A model generated the notes under the pieces. It was not told the origin of the DNA, did no database searches, and was given only the letters and a program-made list of their open reading frames with translations. From contig NC_087437.1 in NCBI RefSeq assembly GCF_036321535.1, forward strand, positions 22,570,001 through 22,634,000: 64,000 nucleotides of DNA. Direction: 5' to 3'. Source of the DNA: Camelus dromedarius. Taxonomy: Eukaryota. This document shows positions 25,981 through 39,982 of this stretch, one piece after another; positions within the stretch are counted from its first letter, which is position 1; the number at the start of each line of letters is the position of its first letter. A program made the translations under genes and the position numbers.

Positions 25981-28900
25981 CTATTATTCATGTCATCAAA
26001 CCATCAGAGTCCATTATAAAATGGAATGACTCCTTCTACTTGTGTGTTTTCCCTTTGACACTCAAAAGTGCCTTCAAGAGATAAAAATAGATATTATCAA
26101 GCAGAGAAGTGATGAAAACTTCTCTTAACCTCCCAAATTTCTCACAAATTATTCCTTGAGTTTCTGCACTTGAAAAGAACACCTATTCCTGTTCAGTGTA
26201 CATTTACTTTCTCTTTCTGAGACTCAGGGTCCCCGTCTAAAAATGAGGTTAGAGAGGTTGTCTTCAAGGTCCTTTCAAAGCTAAAATTCTATGGCTTTCA
26301 AACCTAAATTCTAAACTGTAGACTCTAGGTGTAGAGAGTGCATATTTTCCTAATTATGCTGATGGCGCCTGGGTGCAGGACTGGGACCACAGGTTGCAGC
26401 AAGAGGTGCAGAATAGCGTCGAGGACAAATGATCATGAGTGTGACTCTTTTCTGCATAAGTGAGGAGAGAGCTGTCATAATAGCAAGTGTGTGTGCCTTC
26501 GATCTGACCCTGATCCCCAGGATTATCAAGCCAGGACCCCTCCAAAGGGAGTCTGAGCCCAGGCAGATCTTGCTGATGTTGAGCAGGTCATGTCGTCTGT
26601 GGTCTGGAATGGGAACAAAATATACCCTACTCATACAGCTTTCTCTTGTAGAAGAGAAACACAGTTTGGGGCTCCTCCAACTGACATGCCATCTTCTTCA
26701 ATCCAGCAAAATATTACCTTGAAGTGAAGGAGGCTTTATGCCTTCCCAGAACCCTCTCCCCACCAGAATGATACAGTTCATGGGGCCCTTCCTCCGAGCT
26801 TACAAAACTGCCTGACTACCTCTGCCCTATCTTTTAAACTCACTACCGGTTGTTGCATTTATATACCCCTTTAGACTAGAGTTTCTCGAGGGCAGGATCT
26901 GTGTTTCTCACCCCCTCCCTCAGTCACTCCTACAATGCCTAGTGCATAGCAGGTGCTGAATAAATGTTTGCTAAATGAAATCAATAATAAAGTGAGAATT
27001 TGACTACTGGGTTTCATTTTGTGCTAAGACTGATTGGCACCTCACTGTTCTATTTTGAGAAACAGCAGAGGTGTAGGACAAAGAATATTGGATATGCTTT
27101 GTCTCTCATCTCTGCCACTTATGAGGCTTGTAGACTTAAACAAACCACTCAAGTATTTAGGATCTTAACTTTCTTAAAATGGAAGTAATTGGCTGTAGTG
27201 ATGATCAAATTAGATGATATATGTGTACACAGTTAATGGCTCTTATCACTAAATGACATACTCTTTAGGTAGAAAAATTCAGATGGAGTTTTTCATTTGC
27301 TACCAATTGGTGGCTATGGGTTCTAAATATTGACTCAAGTGCACAGTTGCTTTGATGGGTAGAATAAGGACATTACTGATTTCATAGTTGGCTGCAATCA
27401 ATAATATATTTTGATCACACAGATGTTAGTGTCTTACAAAAAACATAGTCTAGTCATCTAAGAAAATAGAAGTCCTGGCTTTTGTGTCAATCTCTCATTG
27501 ACTTACTATAAAATCTTAAGAAAAACATATCCTTGCTCTGTGCCTCAATTATTTCACTTAAGAAATGGATCCTCTCTACCCAAGAAAACTGTGTGAAAGT
27601 AACAGAAATACTGTGTATGGGAGCTTTCTGAGTTCTTTGAAAGAGATATATACTGTAAATTCAAGCTGTTCTTTTTATTTCTGGGTAAATTTACTCAAAA
27701 ATAGAATCTGGGTTTATATGATGGTGTTTTATAGACCTGGGTTTATGTCGAGGCTTTTAAACTGATGCTATCCCAGTGTGCTTAACATGGAATTGGACAG
27801 ACACAGAAAATGCAGCTGAGTACCATTAAATGTCATTGGGTGCAGGTTTGATACACAGATTGCATGGTGAAAATGGTATGTCTGCAGTCTCTAGAAGCCT
27901 ACTGCCTTCAATGGGAAGTACACTGGTCTAATATCCTCTGACTTCCTCAGAGGTGTAATAACCCCCCCTGGAATTCAATGAAAGCATATAAATAAAAAGA
28001 CCCTGAATGATCCCTCACAGCTTCCCTTCTGCCACAGCAATACTAATACAATACTTCTCTACCAAATATTAGGTAATAAAAAATAGAGTCACCCAAGTTT
28101 CTCTACAGATAACTATGCAAATAATTTAAGGACATGGACCTTATACTGTATGTGAACTTTCTTTCCCCCTAGAGTATGGCCATAAAACCATCTCAATCTC
28201 TTCCTATGCTGCTTAACATTAAATGAATGTTGTCTTTGTTCTCAAAGCAAGCCCTGGTGCTCAAGGGACTACTTTGTAAATTACATCTTATTTCTTTTTT
28301 GTCTGCGGATAGAAAGTTATTCAGTTTTCTCTTGAATTCCCTTATAGAATGCTGATAACACCAGTGATGAGAAACCACTAACTTGCTGTATTCTGAAACT
28401 CTGAAATGCAAAGGCAGAGAGGACAAGAGGTGGAAAAGAACAATATATATGACTTTAAAAAGAAGATATAATACAAGCAAAAGAAGTGAATTAAGACCAC
28501 TATTAAATATTGAAAACCAACAGTGAAGAGAGTGTGTGATCAAAGGGACTCAAGAAAAACAAAACTCAACAATGAAAATTCTTCTGATTATGACAATGTT
28601 CGTAATCATTTCTCCCATGGCAAAAAAAAAAAAAAACAAACAAAAAAAATCAAAATTCTAACCAGAGAGTTCAATGACAAATGAAAAAATATGAAAGACA
28701 GCCCAATTAAGTCACCCTTACTGAAGAGGCTTTTCTCCAAAAATAACAGTTCTGCTTTTAATTATAGGTTCCTGGGTCTATTAATCAGCTATCTTCCTCA
28801 AGGCTAAGCTTGGTGCAAATAACAGAGAAGGATTCAGCAAAATGCCCTGTTTAATTAAAAAAAATTTAATTAAAAATATTTTTATACACATGACCCATCA

Positions 28901-29081
28901 CCATTATTTATGCAGATGTTCTCTCACACTTCTTTGGAAAGGCTTTTTTCTTTCTTTTCCTCCTTTTAAAAAAATGCTGTTTTTCTGCAAGAACTACTGT
29001 GAAATGAGAAGCACTATGACTGGTAGTTAATACCTATTTTTATCAAAACAGCAGTGTAGCTCGCACATCACTCGTGCAGCC

Positions 29082-29095
29082 GTAACCATAGTAAC
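29082..29095. promoter_or_regulatory. RFX X-box motif in non-repetitive intronic DNA
   Basis: GTAACCATAGTAAC fits GTNRCC-N(0-3)-RGYAAC exactly. Function is not shown. Confidence 0.35.
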
Positions 29096-30994
29096 CCCAA
29101 ATAGAAAGGGTCTTCAGATTACCAACATGATCAAAGGTAAGATAGTTCATGTGCCGCTGGAATAGTTACACTGCAGCAAACTTTAAAGGATAAAGGTGCC
29201 TTTTTCCCCCCAACAACTTAAATGTTAAATGAAAACAGTGACTGGCAAGTATGGTGTATACAAACGCCTGTCATTTTGGGAGACTTTTATTTCCTCAAAG
29301 TGTTAACAATAGGAAAAAAATAAAAACTCAATGCTGCTCATTTCCGATAATAATCATTTTGCCAAGTTGGAGAATTTGCTACAGAGAAAACCCTACCCTT
29401 GGGCGCCCTGCGGGATGAGAAGCTATTTTTTGTGTCCATGCACTCAGAGATGGCTACTGTCAATGGTGATTGCAGACATACATTACGTGGGATAAGCTAT
29501 AGTCAGTGACTCAAGGTGTGGACTGGCAGTCACATTACAAAGAAAAGGAGCCTTTAATTAGGGAAGTGGAACCGGTTTGAAAAAGCAGTTAAGTACCAAC
29601 CCAAACACAGATCTGAATTTGGCTTTATAATTGTGGTAGGGGTAGAAAGGGATGGGGAGGGATGGGTGAGCAGGGAATAAAAGGCTAGAGCACCTATGCT
29701 CAATTACTTCATGATCTATATAATGCAAAACAGAGGCTGCATACAAGCCCTTGTATTCCATTTTGTAATGCCTGATATGACTACAGGAGCAGCATCTGGA
29801 AGCATGGGGAAACTATTCTGAATTTTAAATATTTAAATGTACAGTGAATACTACAAAAAGTAGAGAATTCACACAAGGATAAATTAAATTATAATTATTA
29901 TTTCTTTTAAATCTTTTTACCTTTGGGATTTACCATGAAAGTGGATGGAGTAGTAATAAAATAGGAGAAAACAATTATTTCTTCATGGCTATTTAAGAAA
30001 AGAATGGATATCTGGCAATTTTAGGTTCAATTATAAACAAATACGAATGTTATGATAGTGTCATCTAAAAAGCCAATAAGGTGACTTAGAAAAACTCATT
30101 GTTAGTAAAAATTTGTTTAATGACACCTAGCAATTTATGAATAATTTTCTACGCATTAAATTTGATCTCATAACAATTCTGTCAAGAAACTGAAGGTACT
30201 TCATGTTGTGTTTTGTTTTCACAGTATCTATTTTAAGGACATGCAAAGTGAGGTTCAGAGAAGTTAAATCACTAAAATGTGGTGCTCCATTCACCCATGA
30301 CACTAATCCTCCCTTAATGAACAGACACTTCAATATTCAGGATAATTTGGTCACTGGAAGGCCCTATCCTGACCTCATTTATAGGTAACTCTCCTACACC
30401 ATCACATGCCTATTCTATTTTTAGTGGCAATTCCTCTTGGGATTGAAAGTTTATGATCCATCCCTAACTGTGATCCTTTTATATGGAGAATTTGCTAGGC
30501 ACTCTCTTACATGCTTTAACCCACAAACACAGGAACTGGTAACGCCCTAGTGCACACCTCCCCTTGAGACCAAGGGCTCCATAATTAGAGCGACACCTAG
30601 CTGTGACTTTAGGAAGCACATGCTGGGAAGGCTGGAGTAAGGGAGACCACCAGGAAAAGCGGGACGGTGGCCATCTCGAGAGGGAGGTCACTATTCCCAG
30701 AGGTGGAAGTCTCAGAAATTTTCTAGCAGCACTTTCTACACTCCTGCAGTCTCCTGCAAAATGAGACTTATACAGTCACATTCTCTGAAGAGGGAACATA
30801 TATGGGGAAAATTTTATCTTTACTATAATTACGCTAAAAACTCAGTTTTGCCACACTTTAAATTACATGTGTCCTACAAGTGCGTGAACTGATATTTACC
30901 TCAGCCTAAAAACATCAGTATTGAGCCTACTTCACTCTCTATGATTCACCATGTTTACTCAGAAATGCAAATATTTCACTCATCAATTCTTAAT

Positions 30995-31165
30995 TTATCA
31001 GGCCTCTGGACTAGCATCATTAGCATCAACTGGATACTTGTTACAATTATATAGTTCTGGACCCCACCTGAACCTACTCAGAATCTCTGGAGACAGAGCC
31101 CAGTAATCTGCATTTTAACAAACTCTCTAAGTGAGTTTTATGTACACTCAAGTTGGAGAACCACT
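30995..31165. mobile_element. MER5A-like hAT-Charlie MITE
   Basis: gcatcattagcatcaactgg...ccccacctgaacctactcagaatctctgg...aatctgcattttaacaa...agttggagaaccact. Confidence 0.75.
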
Positions 31166-32117
31166 AATGGAGAACCACTAATGGAGAACAGGAAGTGAGT
31201 GACCTCAGCAATGCCTCTCAGAATATATGAGGAAACTAAGCCTAGAAGGGTTAAGTGGCCACCTTAGTTTGCCCTGTGAGTTAGTAGCAGGAACTGAACT
31301 AGATCTCAGATCTCCCAATGCCCAATAATAAGAATAGCACGGTGCTTTGGCACTTGCCAAGTAGAAGCTGGTTGGGCTCAACATTAGCAAAGCAGAGACT
31401 TTGTATCTATATTCCTGTTGGCTTCTAACTTCAATAAATGAATTATCATCCACACATTTAATTTAGGCTCCAGACAGGAGAATGCCAGAGGGAATATTCT
31501 AAATTCAATTAACATGAGCCAGTCTCCTTATGAAAGCCAACACCCAGTACTCGGCTTCATCAAGCACTTAGGATTCTTAGCACACTTTAGCCGCCAGAGC
31601 AAGTCAAGATGTGTGACTTACATGTAATATGTGAACTCACTGGATTTTTTTTTAACTCCATGGTATGCACAATATCATACTGAGTCTGGATTCACACTTC
31701 ATAGTGATTTACTAACAGGATATAAAAAATAATTGATTTTCCCATTTCTATGAAATTTTAAAGTTTTATTTTTTGCATACATAGATGTGCTTCCATACAA
31801 ATGCATAAATGTGATCATATTATATACGCTCTGTTTATTTGTGTGCTTTATTTTAATAGTCTTTTTTTTCTTCTCCTTTTTGGCATGTCTCCCTTTTCTC
31901 CATCTCTTCCTTTCCTAAACTTGTATCTTCCAACCTCCCAAGTAACCCAACTTTACAATCTAGTATATGTCCCACCAATGTCTCTTTATACTAAAATTCT
32001 CTGTATAATAATCACATACACACATTTATAACAGATTAAATCAGAAGTTTAAACTGAGAAGCAAAGAAAAAAGAACATTTTCCACAGTGAGATGTACAAT
32101 TTTAAAGTAGTTATCCA

Positions 32118-32315
32118 GGGGGAGGGTATAACTCAGTGAAAGTGCTTAGCATGCACAAAGTCCTGGGTTCAATTCCTAGTATCTCCATTAAAGTAAATAC
32201 ATTAAATAAAAACCTAACTACCTCCCCCTACCAAAAGAAGGAAGGAAGGAAGGAAGGGAGGAAGGAAGGAAAGGAGGAAGGAAGGAAGGAAGGAAGGAAG
32301 GAAGGAAGGAAGGAA

Positions 32316-32394
<79 letters not shown>

Positions 32395-32428
32395 AAAGAA
32401 AAGAAAAGAAAAGAAAAGAAAAGAAAGA
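32118..32428 (+). mobile_element. Vic-1-like SINE with expanded (GGAA)n(GAAA)n tail
   Basis: ggggagggtataactcagtg...gcttagcatgcac...gggttcaattcc. Purine tail 32233-32429. Degenerate TSD aaagtagttatcca / aaagaacttattca. Confidence 0.85.
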
Positions 32429-32439
32429 ACTTATTCAAA

Positions 32440-33105
32440 AATCAGTTACATGACTCCCTTAAACCTCTCACCTACATTAAGAATGTCGAAGTGTCTCTAG
32501 ACTCTAGCCTAGCAGTTAAGATTTGTGAATGGAGTTTGTCTGCTACTTGTAAGTGGTGAATCTCACACTCCCATATGGGGAGGGATGGGGGTATTTGACT
32601 TCATCTCAAGGCTATGAAAAGGAACTTTGCCTAGACCATTAAACAGCTTAAGATGTGACCCCTGGAGTTTGGGAACACAGTGGAAAGCTGGTTGACTCTC
32701 ACCTGAGAAATCTAATGGGATGTGACTGTTCACCTGCTCTAATGGTGGCTTATTTTCAATCAAATAAAAATTTTTCTTACTTCATTTCTGCCCCCATCTT
32801 GTAGAAGTCAGAAACTACATCTAGCAAAGGGTAGATAAGGCATGTGAGGAAGAAACCCGAACCGTATCTGCCTTCAATGGGCTAGGAGAGGTGGGGCAAA
32901 GTCTTAAATTAAATTGAAAACTTGACATATCATGATATTGGACATGCACATTGTGAATTGAGTCTCTGATTGCAACTTAAATGCCAAGAGATTTTACCCA
33001 GAAGATGGGAGAGGAGTAGTACTGCTGAATACTTTTAAAGAAGCAGTGGGAGGAGAAAAAAAAAAGCAGTTTCTATGGTTAACCCCATGAGTCCTGATTT
33101 ATACA
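32440..33105 (+). mobile_element. Old ERV LTR fragment (LTR78-like) inside an L1ME-like relic (about 31780-34500)
   Basis: The 3' part gagattttacccagaag...ctgctgaatacttttaaagaagcagtgggaggagaaaaa...ccccatgagtcctg resembles recalled LTR78-type ends. Confidence 0.4.
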
Positions 33106-36045
33106 TATATATATATGTATATACAAGTACAGGCATGGAGGTTAGTTATTTATATACAAATTCATGGGCGTGACTGTTGCTTTAAAATTTTTTGAATCAT
33201 ATATTATATATACTTTTCTGCATTTTTCTTGACTTAGTCAGCAATGCCTCCTGGAAAACTCTCAAGTCAGCTGGAAGAGCACTAATTTACCTTTTTAAGG
33301 GCTACCTGACATGGCGTAGATGTCCTACACTGTATCCAACAATTCCCTTATTGATAGGATTCACTTGCAGCTTTTTTTTCCCCCCTTCAGTAAAAAAGAA
33401 AAAAACAAAACCCAAAAAGCTGCAGTAAACATCCCTGTCCATATATCCCTAAGGACCAGTCTTTTTACTTGTGTAAGACAGCTTCTTAGGAGTCAGATCA
33501 CTGGGAGAAGGGGTTATGTATTTTAAATTCTAAAACTGTGGCCAAATGGCTTTCCAAAAGTCTGTTAATGATTTAAATTTCCACTAGAAATGGGTAAGAG
33601 TCCACTTTTCCCTGCCTCCCTGCCAGCAATGACTGTTACTTGGTGTTATAATTGTTGCCAAACTGCAAGGGGTAAAATAATACGCTGTTACTTCATTTTA
33701 CTTTCTATGATTTCTGGTGAGTTTGAATAACTTCACATTTGTGGTCTAAGTGGATTTGCTCTTCTATGAATTTCCCTTTTATAGTCTTTTTTCATTTTTC
33801 AGTTATTTATTGCCAGATTGTCTTTTTTAAGTGTTCTTTGTATATTAGAGAAAATAATACTCTGTCTTCTAGGTTTAAATGCTTTTTCCCAATGTATTAT
33901 CTCTTTATTATCTTTGTTTATGGTATTTTTTCTCATTTAAAACAATTTTATATAGTCAAATGTAGATTCTGGGTTTCCATTCTTTGCTAAGAAGAATTTC
34001 CCTATCTATAATCTGCAAGTATAAATTTACAGATTTTATTGCAGAGGAGTTATTTTACTTTATTTTTTCATTTACATTTTAATTCTTCTAGATATACTTT
34101 TGTAAATGGTTAGATAACTGTGCAATTTTAACACCTCCTAAATGGATAGCCAGCCAGTTGTCAAGTACCATTTATTAAATAACCATCTCTTCCCCACTGA
34201 ATTGAAATACCACCCCTGTCAAACCCTCATTTATACTGAAATTTGTTTCTAGATTCTCTATTCTTTTCCACTGGTCTCCCTATTCCTCAGCCAATACCAT
34301 ATTGATTTCATTATAATAGTTTTGCAGTATATTCTTATGCCTGATTAGAAACTTCCCCTCATGTTTTTTTTTCTACTTTGTAAACTTTAAGATAATTTTA
34401 TCCAGTTCCAACTTTTAAAGTGTTAGGCTGTCATGGGAATTACATCAAATTTTTATAGTTATTTGGGGGGAAAGTGGCATTTCTATCAGAGCATTTTCCC
34501 CATCATCAAGAGGGTAAGCTAGCATAATCTACTGACTTCCTCCCCAAAATCAATAGTAGAGAAAGTATACAAAGAAAACGGAATTAAAGCTAACAAACAG
34601 TAAGAATAATACCAACAAAAGCCATGAAAAATCCCTGGGAAGAAGGAAGCCTGTTTTGAATTGCTGCTTGTGGAAAGGAGGTGAGGGAAGTGGGAAGGGT
34701 ACAGCTGACTCCAGCAAAGGGCAGCTATACACAGCAGTGAACAGACAAATTAGAAAAAACAATTTAAGCTCCATCCTTTCGGCTCACTTGTATTCCATGG
34801 AGTAATTACTGCTCAGCTCCTTGCCACACAAAACACACACCATTAGCTAGACACTAGGACAGGTATTCATGCGAGTGATATCAGGGCAGTGCAAAAGATC
34901 TCCTGGGGTAAGAAGTTGACGAGAATCTTAGCTATTCTCTTTCTGTACAAATCCAGGGCTGGTCAATTACCAACATTGTTTCTCCCTAAAGGTCTAAACC
35001 GTGACTGGGGAAATTGGCTAACACAGGTTTCTCAGTCTTGGAACTATTGACATTTTGGACCAGAAGATTATCTGATTTGGAGGGAAGGTCTTGACTGTAT
35101 CATCCTCTTCTTTAATTTATTTACTCTACTGTTTACTTGGAATTTTATCTGCCCTTGATCCTCCTGAGTTTTCTTATAAGAATGTTGTTCAAATTGTCCT
35201 CTGACTACTTCAGGAATTTATTCTGTGTATGTGTGTTTGTTTTGACTGATCTTCCTCTCTCAGGCTGCTGAATAGTTACATTGTGTTTTCTTTTTTAGGT
35301 TATTGGTGCTTAAGACTGTTTGTTGGACTACCCTCCAAGATAGTAGCCCTATAAGGGGCAGAAGGTAGGCCAGTGGTGTTGAAGCAGATGGGCTACTCTC
35401 AGACACCTGAAGGAAGCCACCCCCGTATCCAGTAATCAAGTTCACTCATGCATGGTCAAGCAGGTCAACCTATTCCCCCTTTCCCATCACCAAGAGCCAC
35501 AGATTTCTACAATCCAGACCTTTGCTGAGTATTCATAGCTTTCCTGTCTCTAGCTAAAAACATCTGTGAAGCTGGCATCTAGACGCCCATGGTAGAGAAA
35601 GCTCAGTACTTGTTTTTTCACCTGTTGTGAGCTCATGGCTTCACTAGCACTTGGTTGCATAGCAAAATTGGGTAGATTGGAGTGGGTAATAAAAGCCAAG
35701 GAAACCAAGGTAAAGTCATCGCTTTCCCAGAACTCACTGAAGACCTTTCTGAGTGTGTTAGAGTGATTATAATGTTGTTTTGACATGACCATCTTAGGGT
35801 CAAGTAATTCACGTCTAAACCTTAGTTTGCTCTTTTGTAGAATAAGAATGTTAGATTAAATGACTTCTAAAGTCTCTTCCTGCAAAAATATCCTACAATT
35901 GTATTATTTAAAATTATTCCTTGTATCATCTGAAAGCAATGGCAGACATTGTCTTAATCCTTGGTCTAATAGAGCAGCTGTAAAAATTTTTATGAGACAA
36001 TTTGGGGAATTTAAATCTAGCTATAAATTTGATAACACTTAAAAT

Positions 36046-36544
36046 TATATTAGTTTTCTATGGTTGCTATAACAAATTTTCACCAAGTTGGTGGCTTATA
36101 ACAACACAAATGGACTATCTATAGTTCTGGAGGTCAGAAGTCTGACATCAGTCTCATGGGATAAAAATCAAGGTGCAGCACAGCTCCATTCCCTCCTGGA
36201 GGCTCTAAGAGAGAACTGGACAAGTTTCCTTGTCCTTTTCAGCTTCGAGAGACCATCCACACTCCTTGGTTAATACCCTCTTTCTTCCATATTCAAAACC
36301 AGTAAAATTTTTGTCTCTCTGTGCCTTTATTCCATAGTCATATCTTCCCCTGATCACAGCCAGGAATATTTTCTCCACCTTTTAGGGACCCATGTGATAA
36401 GACTGGGCCCACCTAGATAATTCAGGGTGATACACACTGCAAGGTCTTTAATCACATCTACAAAGCCCTTTAAGCAAAGTAAGATAAAATGTTCCCAGGT
36501 TCTGGATATGGATGTCTTTGGCGACCATTATTTTGCCTACCACA
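36046..36544 (-). mobile_element. MaLR solo LTR (MLT1C/D-like, about 500 bp)
   Basis: tattagttttctatggttgctataacaaat...agttctggaggtcagaagtctga...ccattattttgcctaccaca. 5-bp TSD aaaat on both sides. Confidence 0.85.
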
Positions 36545-36849
36545 AAAATTATTGTTAATATTTTATGTGTAATGATGGCATTGGGGTTACGTTTTAAGCC
36601 ACATGTTTAAAATGGAAATTTGTTTACAGCTGCTTTATTTGGCCAAAGATCCAGATAAGATCTACACCTTCCTTGTAGATGAAATGATTGGTTCAAAGTA
36701 ATAATATAGGACTTTTTTTGGCTGCAATAATAATTTTAGCAAATAATTTGAAAGAAATGATAAATTCTAGCAAACAATTTGAAAGAAATGATAAAATTAG
36801 AAAAAAAATCACATTTTTTCAATTTTAATGAAACTAATAAGACCAGACA

Positions 36850-37475
36850 ATAAGCATCAATGAATGAAACCATTACATGAAAGTTTCATGGGGAAATTTA
36901 CAAGGAGGAATCACCACCTGAACCTAACTGATCACACTTAATATCACTAAAAGTCAACACCCAGAGAATGTATAACTTCTGACATGGTGTAACATGAACT
37001 ATAAACCATCCCCTATGCAATATTTTTGCAAAAACTGGCAAACTTGTATCTAATCAAGATTTTGAACTAACTTTCACAATGGAAATACAGAAACAATAAA
37101 ATGACATCACAGGTAAGTGAACAGACAAATCTAGAATGTGGGACATTCTACAGAGTTGACCAATTTCCTCTACAAGTCAATAGCATAAAAAGTGTGGACT
37201 AGAAGAGGGGAACACTGCTCTGGACTAAAAGAGAATGCAGAAATATTAACAATTAAATGTCCAGTGGGAATCTTGCTTGAGTTTTGATTAAAGTAAAAGG
37301 CAAAAATCAGAGAAATAGAATGTGGACTGGGTATTAGATGATATCAATGGATTACAGAAAATTTTGCAGGTTTGTTAATGGCTTCATGGCTAAATAAGAA
37401 TAATATTCATAATTATAGAGATGCATACCAAAATACATGAGGATAAATGGGAATGTCTGGGATTTGGTTTTACAT
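36850..37475 (+). mobile_element. Old L1MC/ME-like 3' region
   Basis: cagacaaatctagaatgtgggacattctacag...tggactgggtattagatgatat...atgtctgggatttg. Confidence 0.6.
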
Positions 37476-38767
37476 ATTACTATCTTTGACCCGTGAAATG
37501 TAAATATAAAAGTGTATTTGTGCTTTATCCAAAGTAAAATTACCACATTATACATATTACACTCCCAACTCATGAGCAAATGTAGTTGGTCAAGTGAACA
37601 TTCCACTAATCGAGTTGTAAAATTATGGAAATCCATTACTGTTACCAGGAAAACAAGCAAAAATGTGCACGTTTCACTTGCTGATGGGAAAATAGCAGCC
37701 TTATCCTAATATAGCATAAAAATAAAAATAATAACTTAAATATATTATCTCATTTAACTCTTATAAAGAACCTTTAAAATAAATCTTATTATCATCATTT
37801 TATAGCTGGAGAAACCGAGGCTCAAATGGGCCAGACAGAATGGGGATTTAAATGCAGGCCTATCCCACACCATATACAGTGTTCCTAACCAATATTCAAT
37901 GACTGCTCTATTTATTCAATAAATATTTACCATGCACTATGCAAAACTTAGCAGACCTTCTGTATTTTGAGACATCTGTAGATGCTTTCTTAGTTCTAGT
38001 CTTTAAAGATTATTTAATGATGATAAAGATCAAGAAATGGCATTATTAAGCATTATGTATATTTTGACTTGTTTAATTGGAGAATCGAACTAATAATTTA
38101 CATCAACTGGATTTTTAAACCTAATGAAAAGAGTTATGGACTGATTTTTCCCAACTGGCAACACAGGTAGTCTCTACTTACTCCTTTTAGAACAATATTT
38201 ATTTCTGATATTAGGTCTACCTAATTTAGGGACATTAAACGCATCAACTTACTTGGAAACAGGGCTAACAATATAAATGTCAAGTTTCTTGGATTTCTGA
38301 CATGCTATAAGAAACAAAACAGTAATGGGCATTAAAAAAACAACTCTGAGATTATCAGGCTTGGGGACTTGTTATTTATGTTTTACTAAGGGACAGGAAC
38401 AAAATTGAGACATTTGGACAGAAGTTTATTTAATCTGCTTCTCTCAAGTCAGAGGTTGCTGTATTTATGATTTTGAATGGCATATACATGCCATTTAAAT
38501 CATACAGATATTTACTCTCATTTCGCTTTGTTTTACTTCTGAAGCATGGGTGTGAACTAGTTTATGGGTTATTATGTATTGGAGCAGAAAAATAAGACAA
38601 GGAAAAGAGACTTTAAAAAGAACATTTCAGACACATTAGTTCAATCTTATAAAAATAAATGGCCTGTTTTTCAGCAAATGCTATAATTTGTGCAGTGTGT
38701 TATATCTGTGCTTAATTTTTCTACTCAATTTAAAACTGTGATATTTCTATTAAGGATCATATTTTTG

Positions 38768-39940
38768 TGTGGAATCCAAAAAAGCTGAACTCATAGAGAT
38801 AGAGAGTAGAATGGTGGCTGCCAGGAGCTGGAAATAGGGGAAATGGGGTACAAATGTCCAGCTATAATATGAAGAAATTCTGGGCATCTAAGATAGAATA
38901 TGGTGAATACAGTTAACCATACTGTACTATAAACTTGAAAATTGTTAGGTGAGTAGATCTTTTTTTAATTGAAGTATAGTTGATTTACAATGTTATGTTA
39001 GCTTCAGGTGTGTAGCAAAGTGATTCAATTATACATATACCTATCCTTTTTCAGATTATTTTCCATTATAGGTTATTAAAAGACATCTAATATACTTCTC
39101 TGTGTTATACAGTAGGACTGTGGTTTATCTATTTTATATATAGTAGTGTGTATATGTTAATCCCAAACTCTTAATGTATCCCTTCCCCTCCTTCCCCTTT
39201 GGTAACCATAGTCTGTTCTCTTTGTGAGTCTATTTCTGGTTTGTAAATAAGTTCAACTGTGTCATGCTTTTTTAGATTCCACATATAAGAGATATCATAT
39301 GATATTTGTCTTTGTCTGATTACTTCACTTAATATGATAGTCTCTAGGTCCATCCATATTGCTACAAATGGCATTATTTCATTCTTTTTTTGTGGTTGAG
39401 TAATATTCCATTATATATATATGGGCATCTTCTTTATTCATTCATCCATTTAGGTTGTTTCCATGTCTTGGCTATTGTAAATAGTACTGCTATGAATATT
39501 GGGGTGCATGTATCTTTTCAAGCTATAGCTTCACTCAGATATATGCCCAGAAGTGAGATTGCTAGATCATACGGTATCTTTATTTTTAGTTTTTAAAGGA
39601 ACATCCATACTGTTCTCCATAGTGCCTGTATCAATTTACATTCCTATGAACAGTGTAGGAGGGTTCCTTTTCTCCACATCTTCTCCAGGATTTATTATTT
39701 GTAGACTTTTTAATGATGGCTATTCTCACTGTTGTGAGGTGATATCTCATTGTAGATGAGGTATCTCATTGTAGGAGAGTAGATCTTGAATGTTATCACT
39801 ACACACACACACAAGGTAATTATGTGAGAGGATAGAGGTGTTAACTAATCATACTGTGGTAATCATTTCACAATACATACAGGTATCAAATCATCACCCT
39901 GTACATTTTAAACATTTCTATGTTATATATGTCAATAATA
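38768..39940 (+). mobile_element. Old L1MA-type 3' end split by a younger L1
   Basis: gaactcatagagatagagagtagaatggtggctgccagg...gagtagatctt, resuming at 39775 as gagagtagatcttgaatgttatcact...atcaaatcatcac. Confidence 0.75.
38962..39771 (-). mobile_element. 5'-truncated L1 (ORF2 end plus 3'UTR)
   Basis: ttttttaattgaagtatagttgatttacaatg (antisense 3' end). The ORF track gives MPFVAIWMDLETIILSEV. 16-bp TSD (1 mismatch) at 38946-38961 and 39772-39787. Confidence 0.9.
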
Positions 39941-39982
39941 TTTTTCAGCTTGCCACAGTTCCATATCTATATTGCTCTATAG

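Noticed and set aside
26350..26722. Overlapping ORFs and a CTCF-like motif (cagcaagaggtgca)
   Set aside because: No recognisable protein, and the motif mismatches several core CTCF positions.
32136..32453. 105-aa and 74-aa ORFs
   Set aside because: These are translations of the SINE plus microsatellite.
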